64,000 bases of DNA from Octopus vulgaris (taxonomy: Eukaryota), in contig OX597814.1 in assembly GCA_951406725.2 (NCBI GenBank), positions 215,450,001 to 215,514,000 of the forward strand, written 5' to 3'. The notes beneath the pieces are model-generated. The model saw only the letters and a program-made list of their open reading frames with translations, did not search any database and was not told the DNA's origin. The position numbers and the translations under genes were made by a program. Positions 53,307 through 64,000 of the stretch are shown one piece after another. The stretch's first letter is position 1. Every line of letters begins with the position of its first letter.

Positions 53307-55394
53307 TATGTATTCGTTCATATATATTTAAGCAAAAATACGTATGCGCTCATATCCATATTGCTTGAATGCCTCTTTGAGGTGTTCCTATATGGCAATG
53401 TGCATTCAAATTTAGAGAATGAGAACTCTTTTAAAAGGAACTTTATATATTCTATAGAAAAGAAACCAGGTTATTATAGAAGTAATTACGACAGAGGAAC
53501 ATCAGTTGCAAAGAACTTTGTTTTACTGTAGGTTGGTAAAGAAATGTAGATATGGCGGTTAGGTCTCCAGAAGGTACTAAAATAGCAGCCTTTAATAATA
53601 CTAACGCCCTAATTTAGACATATAGGATTAACTATACTTAGTATTTAGATATCGCTATGCTGGATAATCGTAGCTTCCATTGCAAATTCATATATAATTT
53701 AATCTTATCTACTCTCAGAATTAGTTACTCTAAAACGAAATATCCTTATATTCAACGTTATGTTATTGATACTGTAATTTAGCTAACATCTCAAATTACG
53801 AAGATGAAATATTTTCAGCTGATGTTATATACCGGAAATATTTATCATAAGTTATGTAACTGGGATTATCTTAGTTACATGTTTAATGAATTAGCGGTGA
53901 ATATGATAAACTTCAATATTTTAAATTGATTGTATACATCTACTTTATCAGTAATATTTTTGTATTGCATATAGATGATTTATTATCAGTGACTAACTTA
54001 ACGGATTATTTTGTCCTGTGACAAGTAAATTAAAGTGCAAGCCGTTCCGGAATAAATAATGTCAGTTATTAGAATCTTTTTGATTAACAGCAACTTGTAA
54101 CACAACAGAAAAGCTTTGAATTTCGCTCGCAGAAAGCATTTTAAAAAAATTTAAAGCTGTATCGTGTGAAATATTACTTTTATATTTTGTTGTGTGTTTC
54201 TTATTTTTAGCTATTTCTCTACTATAACCATCCCGTATTTCAAATCGTTTCATTATCAAAATAATGTTTGTTATTCATAAATAAGGAAATACTGTCAGTT
54301 GTTGATTAAATAAGTCTTAAACAACAATTATGTATGGAGTCAATTTTGTTTTGTTTTCCTACGCCTAAGGTTGATAGCCGAAGCCACATACACACATAAA
54401 CACACTTGCTAGCTCGCATGCATACATTTATACACATAAAAATAGCAAACATTTCAACTTGGCAATTTCTACATGTAGGAGTGTTCTCCGGCTATATATA
54501 CAAAAGTGTTCATATCTTAGATATAGTCAAAATTTCATATAAGTAAATCCCAGGAAATTGTGAGCTGTTTAAAACATTATTGCCCTTTCACTTCCTAGGC
54601 ATTTCCTATCAATTATATGTTTTGCCCTAAACATTCTTCACGCGTGTCTTCGGACAAATGGCTCACTTGTTTTCTGTGTAAAGAGACGTGTCCTGACTTT
54701 ATTATTCTTTTATTCTTTGTATAGCAAGCGCGGCTCGGTACCTTTCGCATAAACCAATGCTAGAAGATAAAGAACACTAGCAGACTGTGGAAAGTAGTAT
54801 AGAATTAAAAATCAAGTGAAAACTTGAGACTGAAACTAACTTGTATATAGAAATTAATTTTAGAATGACAGTAATAGACAATTTTCAGAAAACATTTATC
54901 GTTAATTAAAAACTCAATCGGGAATGTGTCATTTCAACATTAATCTCGCACGTTTGTTAATAACTTCATTATGTAGAACGCTATGCGAGAGATTGATTTA
55001 GTGCCGAAGTGAAGTCTATAAGAGCAGTCATGACATAAGGTTATTAAGTTAGATTGTCAGAATACGAAGAGTTTTCTCATCATAATTACTGAATTAAGAC
55101 ATACAAGTGGTAGACAGAGTGGAATACCAATAGATACTAATATATGCGGTCACTTAATCTACTACAAATAACAGCCAAATTTTCGAATTACATCTTGCTG
55201 CCCCTCATCGCAAAAGAAAGAAAAATGAACAGAATTAGCAATGTATTTTCTGATATAAAAAAAAGAGGATGGTTTGGTTGGGATGCTCAGTGACCGCACA
55301 TCTTCAACAAAACTCCATATTGCATCAGAATGGCTAGATGTTCTCCCCCAAGTCAGAGATTATTTCATCACCCAACAACTATAGACTCTCTACA

Positions 55395-55600
55395 GTTCAT
55401 ATTAGACGCACAGTAGAGTACTGCTGTACTACATCCACACCTAGGATAGTAATGGTGTTACACAAACCGACATCCTGGATCACATCCAAAGAAAGATTTA
55501 TCAGCTGATTGATATGAAATTGCCACCATTCTAGGTTAAACTCCGGTCCACGGTCGTGCTGTTTTATCTCTCTTCCATCTAGTTATCCAGAGTGTTTCGC
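55395..55600 (+). pseudogene. Highly decayed CR1/L2-type RT C-terminal fragment (a similar relic may lie at ~48800-48990)
   Basis: HIRRTVEYCC...VTQTDILDHIQRK resembles the RPxLEYC..W...LERIQR motif. Confidence 0.5.
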
Positions 55601-55634
55601 ATTAATCTTTCTTTGAATATTGTCCTTCTGGAAA

Positions 55635-55671
<37 letters not shown>

Positions 55672-57597
55672 CACCTCTCTCTCACTCTCTCTCTCTCTCT
55701 CCACCTATCTCTCACTCTCTCTCTCTCTCTCTATCCAAATATATTTCCTGCAACTGTAGTCTTGCGAATGCCATCTACGCCATCTTACCAATCTCTGAGA
55801 AGCTGCAAGGCTGCAGGCCAAGAAAATAAAAAGGAATTAAAACAAAATTAAAACGCAGATTTTGTAACCAAGACACGTATTATTCAGTCCATCGAGTTGT
55901 AAATATATGCCCTATGTTGTCAGGGCCATTACTGTAAGTGGCAAGATCCTTGGATACTTCCCATTAGCATGCAGGACATAGTTAAACTCTTCCTGTTTAC
56001 TCCTCTGGGTCATGCTTGAAGTATTCACATCGCGACTTCAAAATCTACTATCTGTGACCCGAAGTTATTTCCTGATTCCCATGAATAGTTCCATGGCTGG
56101 CTGAATCAAAGTTCTACTTCAATTTACTATCAACTCTTAACTCTTTCCTAATAAACAAATTTTCTTCGTGTATCAACTATGTCCATCGTTCTCAATGGGA
56201 TATAAAATATCCCTTGAATTCACCCTCGGGACAATCTATTTACATGGACCGTTAGAGGGAATGGATCTTCTATACGACCCTTGGGTTGATAAAAACGTAC
56301 GGATTAATTCTATTTTATCTCGATATATTTCATTTTCATTTATTGATAATAAGATTCCATGGAGCTCAAAACGACGCAAATGTATTAAAATTTCAGCTAA
56401 ACTGATTTATAGCAGCAGTAAAATTTCCATTTTCGTCCGTAGATCAAGTATTCTATATTGGAAAATCATCATCTCATATTTATAAACTGGAATGAATAAA
56501 GAACAAAGGGAATAACTAAATGAAATTAGATGAATCTAGATAGCCATGAAAACGTTATATTTCCTAAGGGAGCATTCGAAACTTCTGATTACTTCTATTA
56601 TTCCATAACAGAATCCAGATGAATAATCGATCAAACTAATTATAGAATTGTTATTTACGGATAATCTGAGAAATCATAGGGAATTAATAGATTCCTCTAT
56701 GGTTTTATGAAATTTAATGAATAAGTAAAATAAAGAGCGTAATTGCAGTGAATCATGAGAAAGTAGCCACTGAGATTTAGAATGAACATCAAGCAGGATC
56801 ATGAAATAAATATGTAAACTATAATTGTAAAATTGTAACATATAAGAGGACTTGATAGAATCGCATTCGAAATCATTGAAAAGAAATCTTAGCTCAGTGG
56901 CAATCCAGCGCTGGATTATCATAAGATATATTTAAAGCTACATTTATGGCATACATATTATGCTTATATTTGAGAATCGATAGTGGCTTTTATAAAGTTG
57001 ATGCTATTCCCTTTTGCGTCTTGAATCTTGAATATGCGCAGAACTAATTCTTAGTGAGTGTGTGATGAAAAATGCGTATGTGTATGCCTCAGTGTGTAAA
57101 AAGAGTAAATGATGAGAGTTCGGTTCATTTCAGTAATATTCTTCGTAAATGTGAATCGTATTTGCAAATAAGATGTGTCATTTGTGTGTGCAAAATAAAT
57201 GTAGACTGAACGAGGCAACTGCTTCGTAATCATAATTTTCTCTGAGATTCCAACTACTCTACGCCACAGGTATACAGAAATAAATGGAAGCCTTTGTTAC
57301 ATGTGTGCATGTGTTTGCATTCATGTGTATATACATCTTCATGTGCATGTCTACGCGTGTGTGTGTGTGTGTGAAAGTGCATGGCTTATTGGTTAGGATG
57401 TTACGCTATTGATTGCGAGATCGGGGTTTCGATTCCCAGACCGGGCATAGCGAAACACTTCATTTCACGTTACTCTGCTATCAATTCCTCATCTAACATG
57501 ATGACATGCCGTGCATCTGTAAAGGTAATGTCGACTTCATGGAGGGAATAAGCATATGCGTACACAAACATTTGATCACTATATGGAAATCACCTCC

Positions 57598-57631
<34 letters not shown>

Positions 57632-57632
<1 letters not shown>

Positions 57633-58004
57633 CCACATGGTTCCGGGTTCAGTCCCACTGCGTGGCACTTTGGGCAAGTGTCTTCTACTATAGCCTCGGG
57701 CCGACCAAAGCCTTGTGAGTGGATTTGGTAGACGGAAACTGAAAGAAGCCCGTCGTATATATGTCTATATATATATATGCGTGTGTGTATTTGTGTATGT
57801 ATTTGTCCTCCTAGCATTGCTTGACAACCGATGCTGGTGTGTTTAAGTTCCCGCTACTTAGCGGTTCGGCAAAAGAGACCGATAGAATAAGTACTGGGCT
57901 TACAAAAGAAGAAGTCCCGGGGTCGAGTTGCTCGACTAAAGGCAGTGCTCCAGCATGGCCGCAGTCAAATGACTGAAACAAGTAAAAGAATAAAAGAAAA
58001 AGAA
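57632..58004 (+). mobile_element. SINE family A, 5'-truncated
   Basis: Starts at ACCACATGGTTCCGGGTTCAGTCCC after (TA)n. Confidence 0.9.
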
Positions 58005-58208
58005 TGTATATATATGGAAACTTTATTAATTCTAGATCTCTCGGCGAGAGACATACAGAAACGGTACTTTAAAGTAAAGATTATTTGCCAACATAATGTA
58101 GCATTCCCGGATGAGATGAATGTTACTATTGTTTTAGCCCCAGGAAACATCGTCTCCAGCTGCCTATACGACATACATCAATGTATATTCTCTCTCTCTC
58201 TCTCTCTG

Positions 58209-58272
<64 letters not shown>

Positions 58273-58332
58273 TGTGTGTATATATATACATATATGTATA
58301 TATAAAAGACAAAATATGTATGTATATATAAG

Positions 58333-58414
<82 letters not shown>

Positions 58415-58604
58415 CATATGTATATATATATTTAGCGATGCTTACAGGAAAATGGAACCAAAGCATGTGTGTGTATATAAACTTTTATTCATAAGTAGAG
58501 GTTATAGAGTGACGCAAGGGATTGACACACATGTGTGCGTATATGCATATATACATATACATATACATACATATACATATACATACATATATATACATAT
58601 ATAT

Positions 58605-58668
<64 letters not shown>

Positions 58669-59052
58669 TGAAATTATGTTGTGGTGTTCTGGTATTTCTT
58701 TAGTGAATAAATTACGCTACATGAGTATTAGATTATTATGGTTCCATGTATTATTCAATATATGTTTGTATAAATCCAGCATTGGTTCTTGCTGCATATT
58801 ACAAGATAAGTAAATATTATGCTTTGTATAGATACTGCACATTACATGGAGACATGTATATATGATGTATAGTGTGTGTGTACAAACATAGTCGAGCGGA
58901 CACACACTCACACACACACGGACACGGACACGCACACACGTATGTATATATATATATATATATATAGACACACATGCATAAACACATAAATATATACCTT
59001 TATCTCTATGTGTAAACATATATATATGTGTGTGTGTGTGTATATATATATA

Positions 59053-59122
<70 letters not shown>

Positions 59123-59746
59123 ATACAGCGCGAGGTAAAAAGAGAGAGAAACTGAGGGGGGGGAAGAAAGAATGAAACAGAGGTGTTCATACATATATTC
59201 ATACACTCAAGTACACACCTATACACCCATAGGCGCACGAATATATGATAGCGTATAAACCTACAGTAATATATTCACTTGTAAGGTTTGTCATCGTATA
59301 TTAATATTAGCGCTGATAATGCATGGCTAGTAACTCGTACTTTGAAGCGTAGTTATTTGATTATGTAAGTGCTGTTAGAAGGAAAAGGCGCATATGTTCC
59401 GAATATACATTTCCGAGATTCATAAGAAAGAGTAGATATTGGCTATGAGCTAGATTAATTGGCGGCGGGAGTTAAAGGAGAGAGAATCTCTTATTTTGGA
59501 TCATAATATCAACAGAATCAAACGGAACGCTTTCGGCGGACTTTCTTTGTACACCTCGCTTTGCATGTGGAAGCGTTGCCTTATGCATTATACAAACGAA
59601 CATATGCGCTTTCATAAATATACACGCTTCTTGGCAATTGATATGATATACGCATGAACATATATGTGTACGCGTATGTATATATATATGTGTGTGTATG
59701 TGTGTGTGCATGCGCGTGTGTGTGCGTGTATGTGTGCGTATATGTG

Positions 59747-59787
<41 letters not shown>

Positions 59788-59799
59788 ATATATATATAC

Positions 59800-59962
59800 A
59801 GGCACGGGCGTGCCAATATGGTAAAAAGCTTGCTTCCCAACCACTTGGTTCAAGGTTCAATCTCACTGCATGGAACCTTGGGAAATTGTCTTCTGTTACA
59901 ACCTTCATCAGATCAAAAACTTGTGAGTGTATTTGGTAGACGGAAACTGAAAGAAGCCCATC

Positions 59963-60038
<76 letters not shown>

Positions 60039-60039
60039 C

Positions 60040-60081
<42 letters not shown>

Positions 60082-60292
60082 TGTGTATATGTGTCTTTGC
60101 ATCTGTGTTTCTCTCCCCATCATCGCTTGACAGTCAGTGCTGGTGCGTTTACTTCCCCATAACTTAGCGGTTCGGCAAAGAGACCGATAGAATAAGTGCT
60201 CGATTTCAAAATAAGTCCTGGGGTCGAATTGCTTGACAAAAACACTACAAAGCGGTGCTCCAGCATGGCCGTAGTGAAGCGACTGAAACAAA
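59800..60292 (+). mobile_element. SINE family A, older copy with expanded internal (TA)n
   Basis: TTGGTAGACGGAAACTGAAAGAAGCCCATCG and ACTTAGCGGTTCGGCAAAGAGACCGATAGAATAAG blocks. Confidence 0.85.
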
Positions 60293-60617
60293 GGTTGAAT
60301 GAAGAATAGGATCTGCCGAAAAGTTGACATCAAAATTTTAGACGATAACAAGTGAATCTTGAATTTGTTTCTCTCTCATGTGTGTTGACTGCTTGCTTGT
60401 TCAGTTATCTACGTTTGCGTCTGTATCTAAAAGTTTCGCTCTACCTATCCATCTATTTATCTTTCTATTCATTCACATACACATACATATATATATATAT
60501 ATCACGTGATCACGTGAGCAACCAGACCATCAGATGTAGTTACACATCGCTGGTCACAATGCGTTCGCATCGTTTTAGCCTTCGAATGACGCCACCCCGC
60601 TGGCTAAGCGAGCAGGC

Positions 60618-60660
<43 letters not shown>

Positions 60661-60680
60661 TACATGCATACATACATACA

Positions 60681-60715
<35 letters not shown>

Positions 60716-61369
60716 GCATACATACATGCACACACACGCATACAACCACACACGCACACACACATGCAAACATACACGCACACACGCTTGTGATATTAAA
60801 CGTCGTTGGATTAACACCAAACGTTTTGTTTTCTTAATCTGTGTTATAGGCACGTTTGCGTATCAGATCTCATTATTCATCAGCCTGTTGATTACTGCCA
60901 GATTTTCTTTTCCAAGCAATACGTTAAAATACATAATTGAAATTTATAAACCGGACAACCATTGCGATCTCACAGGTTGTCGACAAGTAAACATTACACC
61001 GTATGTAATGAATAAATATGTGCACACAGCCTTATACATGAACATTTAGACTCGCTATGAAATTGAGCCCAGTGGTTGTACCATATGACTCAATTTTACA
61101 GCAAATTTAAATACCTATGTTTATAGTTTCCTACATCTGATTATGTATGAATTTTAGTACAAGTTTCAGGCACTGTGGTCAGAGAGGGGCATAGCTTATT
61201 ATATCGGTTCCAGTTCCAGTAGTTTGCCTGATATGTGATTTATGAATAAAGGGAAACCACGGATTTTGCTATACTTCGCTGTCCATCTACAATAAGCGTA
61301 ACTTCGTGCCCGTGTGCGTGTCTGTATTTATTCATTGGAGGCATCCATCAGTTTCACTTGTGATTGTAG

Positions 61370-63290
61370 ACACCCACACGTGAGTGACAATCCTGGTTGT
61401 AGTGACTGCATTTAATGTACTGATTTGTAGTGAAGCTATATTTCCTTCATTTTGCTTTCCTTCCTCAACAAACTTCAGTTTTTCCTCTTCTTAAACGTCT
61501 GCATTGGAGCGATCACCAGTGATGTTCTCTCAGCTTTCGACATGCACGTAAAAAGACTCCATGTCTCTCTTGCAGGCCTCTTCGAAACGAAAACAGGAGC
61601 GTCTCTGAGTATCTTTTCCCTTGCCAAAGCCAGTTTCCAAAGCAGTGAGACTTTTGGGATCCTCCCTTTAGACATACTGTGTATGTACATAATCCAGTCC
61701 CCTGTCCGTAGAAGTGTCGGGATTGCTGTACGAAAACGAAGCTAGTTATCTGGGTACGAGCTAGTATCTCATTTTTGACTCAGGTAGTCCGCATAATATC
61801 CATGATCCATCTTAGGTTTCATAGTTAAAGTGCACGAACACGCCACTCTTGGAAATATTTGTCTTTCTAGTGCTTGGAACAAAGGTTTTCTGTATCTTCT
61901 CATACGCTCCATCGGTTGTCATGTCAAATGGTTATTAAACACAATTGCAAAGCTATAGCTGATAGTCATTTGCACGATGTATAGCAGTTTTTTCTGAGCT
62001 TTTTATCTTGCTATTCAAGATGCTTGTGAGGCTACCCAAGTGGTGTAGCATTTACGTTCGAGTTATGCATCATACTTTGCTTTAATGACAGTTGCGAGCT
62101 TGTTTAAGCTTGATTCGAACCAGTTTAGCTCTGCTTTTTTTTTTTATCAAAGATCTTCAGTGTGGTACTGTGAATGGTGTCCCTCATGGAATCTCATATC
62201 TTCAGTGCCTCTCCGTCTGGTGGATCAATAGAGAGGGTAATCTTGTAGTAACCAGACGAGGTGTGCCACTTTATCTGAGTATCTTGTCATATTGTTATCA
62301 ATTCACTGCTTGTCGGGTGGTTTCATTGACTGAAGAAAAATCTTGCAGCTAACTAAAGAGTAATCCGTGTCATGGTGGATACTGGTTGCAATTCCTGGGC
62401 ACATTTCTCAAGTGGCGGTTTCTTGTAGCAGGTCAGATTGGTGTCAGTGTTTGGAGCTGTGATATCTCTAGGCCTCATTTTGCTGGGATTTATTTTGGAA
62501 GTATAAGGATTAGTAGTTGAGGCGCGTGGCTTAGTGGTTAGGGGTATTCGGATCACGATCATGAGTTCGATTCCCGGTGACGTGTTGTGTCCCCGAGCAA
62601 GGCACTTTATTTCACGTTACTCCAGTTACTCAGCTGGTAAAAATGAGTAGTGCCTGTATTTCAGTGGGTTAGCCTTGTCACATTCTGTGTCACGCTGAAT
62701 CTCCATGAGAACTACGTTGAGGGTAAGCGTGTTTATGGAATGCACAACCTTTTGCACGTTAATTTCACGAACAGGCTGTTCCGTTAATCGGACCAACTGG
62801 AACCCTTGTCGTCGTAACCGACGGAGTGCCAGTAAATGTTTGTTAAACACAGTTCATAGACTATGCAAAATTCAAGCAACTATTGCCCGTTGTCATTTAT
62901 GCTGTCAACCCCATGTCTCAGCAGGCAGCGTGCATGAACAATGTTGTAGATGATATTGGACTGTTTTAGGGACTTCAGCTCCTATATATCTTCACTGTTA
63001 TTCCTGAATCTAGTCTAATTGATGTGCATAACTGCAAGGCTGCAAAGGTTTGAAACAGGGGTTTGCCATCTCTTAGGTGACGGACTACTCCACGCAGAGG
63101 CGTTGTATCAAACCGAAGCATTGGTTTTTAAGCGCTTTTAAAATCACTAGTTTTAAAATGCCACCTTTCACCATTGGCCTCTTTACCTGTCAGCAAAAAC
63201 AGTTCTGCTTTACTTACATGTTAAGATATGCGAGAAGGTCACGTATTAGACTTTTTTGGAAGAAGCTGCTTGAGAGGTTTATCATGAAAA
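61370..63290 (-). pseudogene. Decayed RTE-clade LINE (APE domain, linker, C-terminus), interrupted by a SINE
   Basis: RHGVDSINDNGQ*LLEFCIVYELCLTN and SKH*HQSDL...DTDYSLVSCK (APE); WFESSLNKLATVIKAK (linker); MSKGRIPK...RFEEACKRDME (RTE C-terminus). The RT core appears largely deleted. Confidence 0.75.
62519..62830 (+). mobile_element. SINE family B inserted in the RTE remnant
   Basis: GGCGCGTGGCTTAGTGGTTAGG...GAGTTCGATTCCC...CCGACGGAGTGCC. Confidence 0.88.
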
Positions 63291-63714
63291 TGATTTCTTA
63301 GAAGCTAAAGCTTATCCTCACTACCACTCCTTCGTCTGGTTATACGTATATCTGCGTATACATATACACTCGCATATACTACATATACATCTGAGCGTGC
63401 ATGCGCGCATGTGTGAACGTGTGCATGTACACGTAAGGCCAGCTGCAATATTCCAGCGAGTATTGCTTAGCAACGTGTGTCATGCTTTCGCTAATTGTTT
63501 TAGGTGCCTTTGTAGTCGGAAATAGTCATAGACACGCTCTGGTACACCTCGATCTTCATCCGGTGGCATATTATGGATGTGACAGTTGGAGAGATAGATC
63601 GATAGAGAGAGAGAGAGAGAGAGAGAGAAAGAAAGAAAGAGACAGTGAGAAAGAGAGAGAGAGAGAGAGAAAGAAAGGAAGAAAGAAAAAAAGAAAGAAA
63701 GTAGCACCAGTAAC

Positions 63715-63840
63715 CAGCTAGTGCAACGTGAAATGAGGTGCCTTATTCAGGTACTCAACGCTCTATCCTGTCTGGGAATTGAACCCACGACGTTATGATC
63801 GTGAGGTGGATGCTCTACCTACAAGACGACTTGCCTTCAC
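63715..63840 (-). mobile_element. Degenerate tRNA-derived SINE head
   Basis: Reverse complement contains GGGTTCAATTCCCAG B box and CACCTCATTTCACGTTGC. Confidence 0.6.
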
Positions 63841-64000
63841 ACACATTCACACATTCTCTCTAACACACACACATTCACACATTCTCTCTAACACACACAC
63901 ATGCACTCAGAGAGAGAGAGGGGGGAAGAGATACATATATATGAACATATGCACAGTAAAACCTCGCTTTACGAGTTTCAATTTGCAGCTAACTTTTGTA

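Noticed and set aside
63520-63575. CGGATGAAGATCGAGG...AGAGCGTGTC (minus) as a decayed hammerhead
   Set aside because: Both core boxes are mutated.
63953-64000. CAGTAAAACCTCG... as a pogo/Tigger TIR
   Set aside because: Cut by the window edge, lacks the flanking TA, and no partner TIR is visible.

Overview
Repeat-saturated, AT-rich, essentially non-coding animal genomic DNA. The SINE families and microsatellite content point to an octopus/coleoid cephalopod (inferred from recognised sequence, not a database search). No intact protein-coding gene is present, and almost all listed ORFs are microsatellite or SINE read-through. Contents: more than 25 tRNA-derived SINE copies of about 3 families (several with clean TSDs), R4/Dong-clade non-LTR remnants tied to (TAA)n, RTE and CR1 remnants, two Tc1/mariner MITEs, a foldback element, a non-autonomous Helitron, three diverged local duplications and one possible minus-strand exon (68-153). 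The standout is a 3.5-kb array at 39935-43443 of near-identical ~559-bp non-coding units. Each unit carries a type I hammerhead-ribozyme motif with a palindromic stem III (CTGATGA...GAAACGTACGT-T). The array forms two head-to-head arms around a 23-nt spacer and is embedded in (TA)n, which suggests a retrozyme-like / Penelope-mobilised circular-RNA element. Smaller Penelope-type hammerhead and inverted-end relics occur elsewhere in the window.
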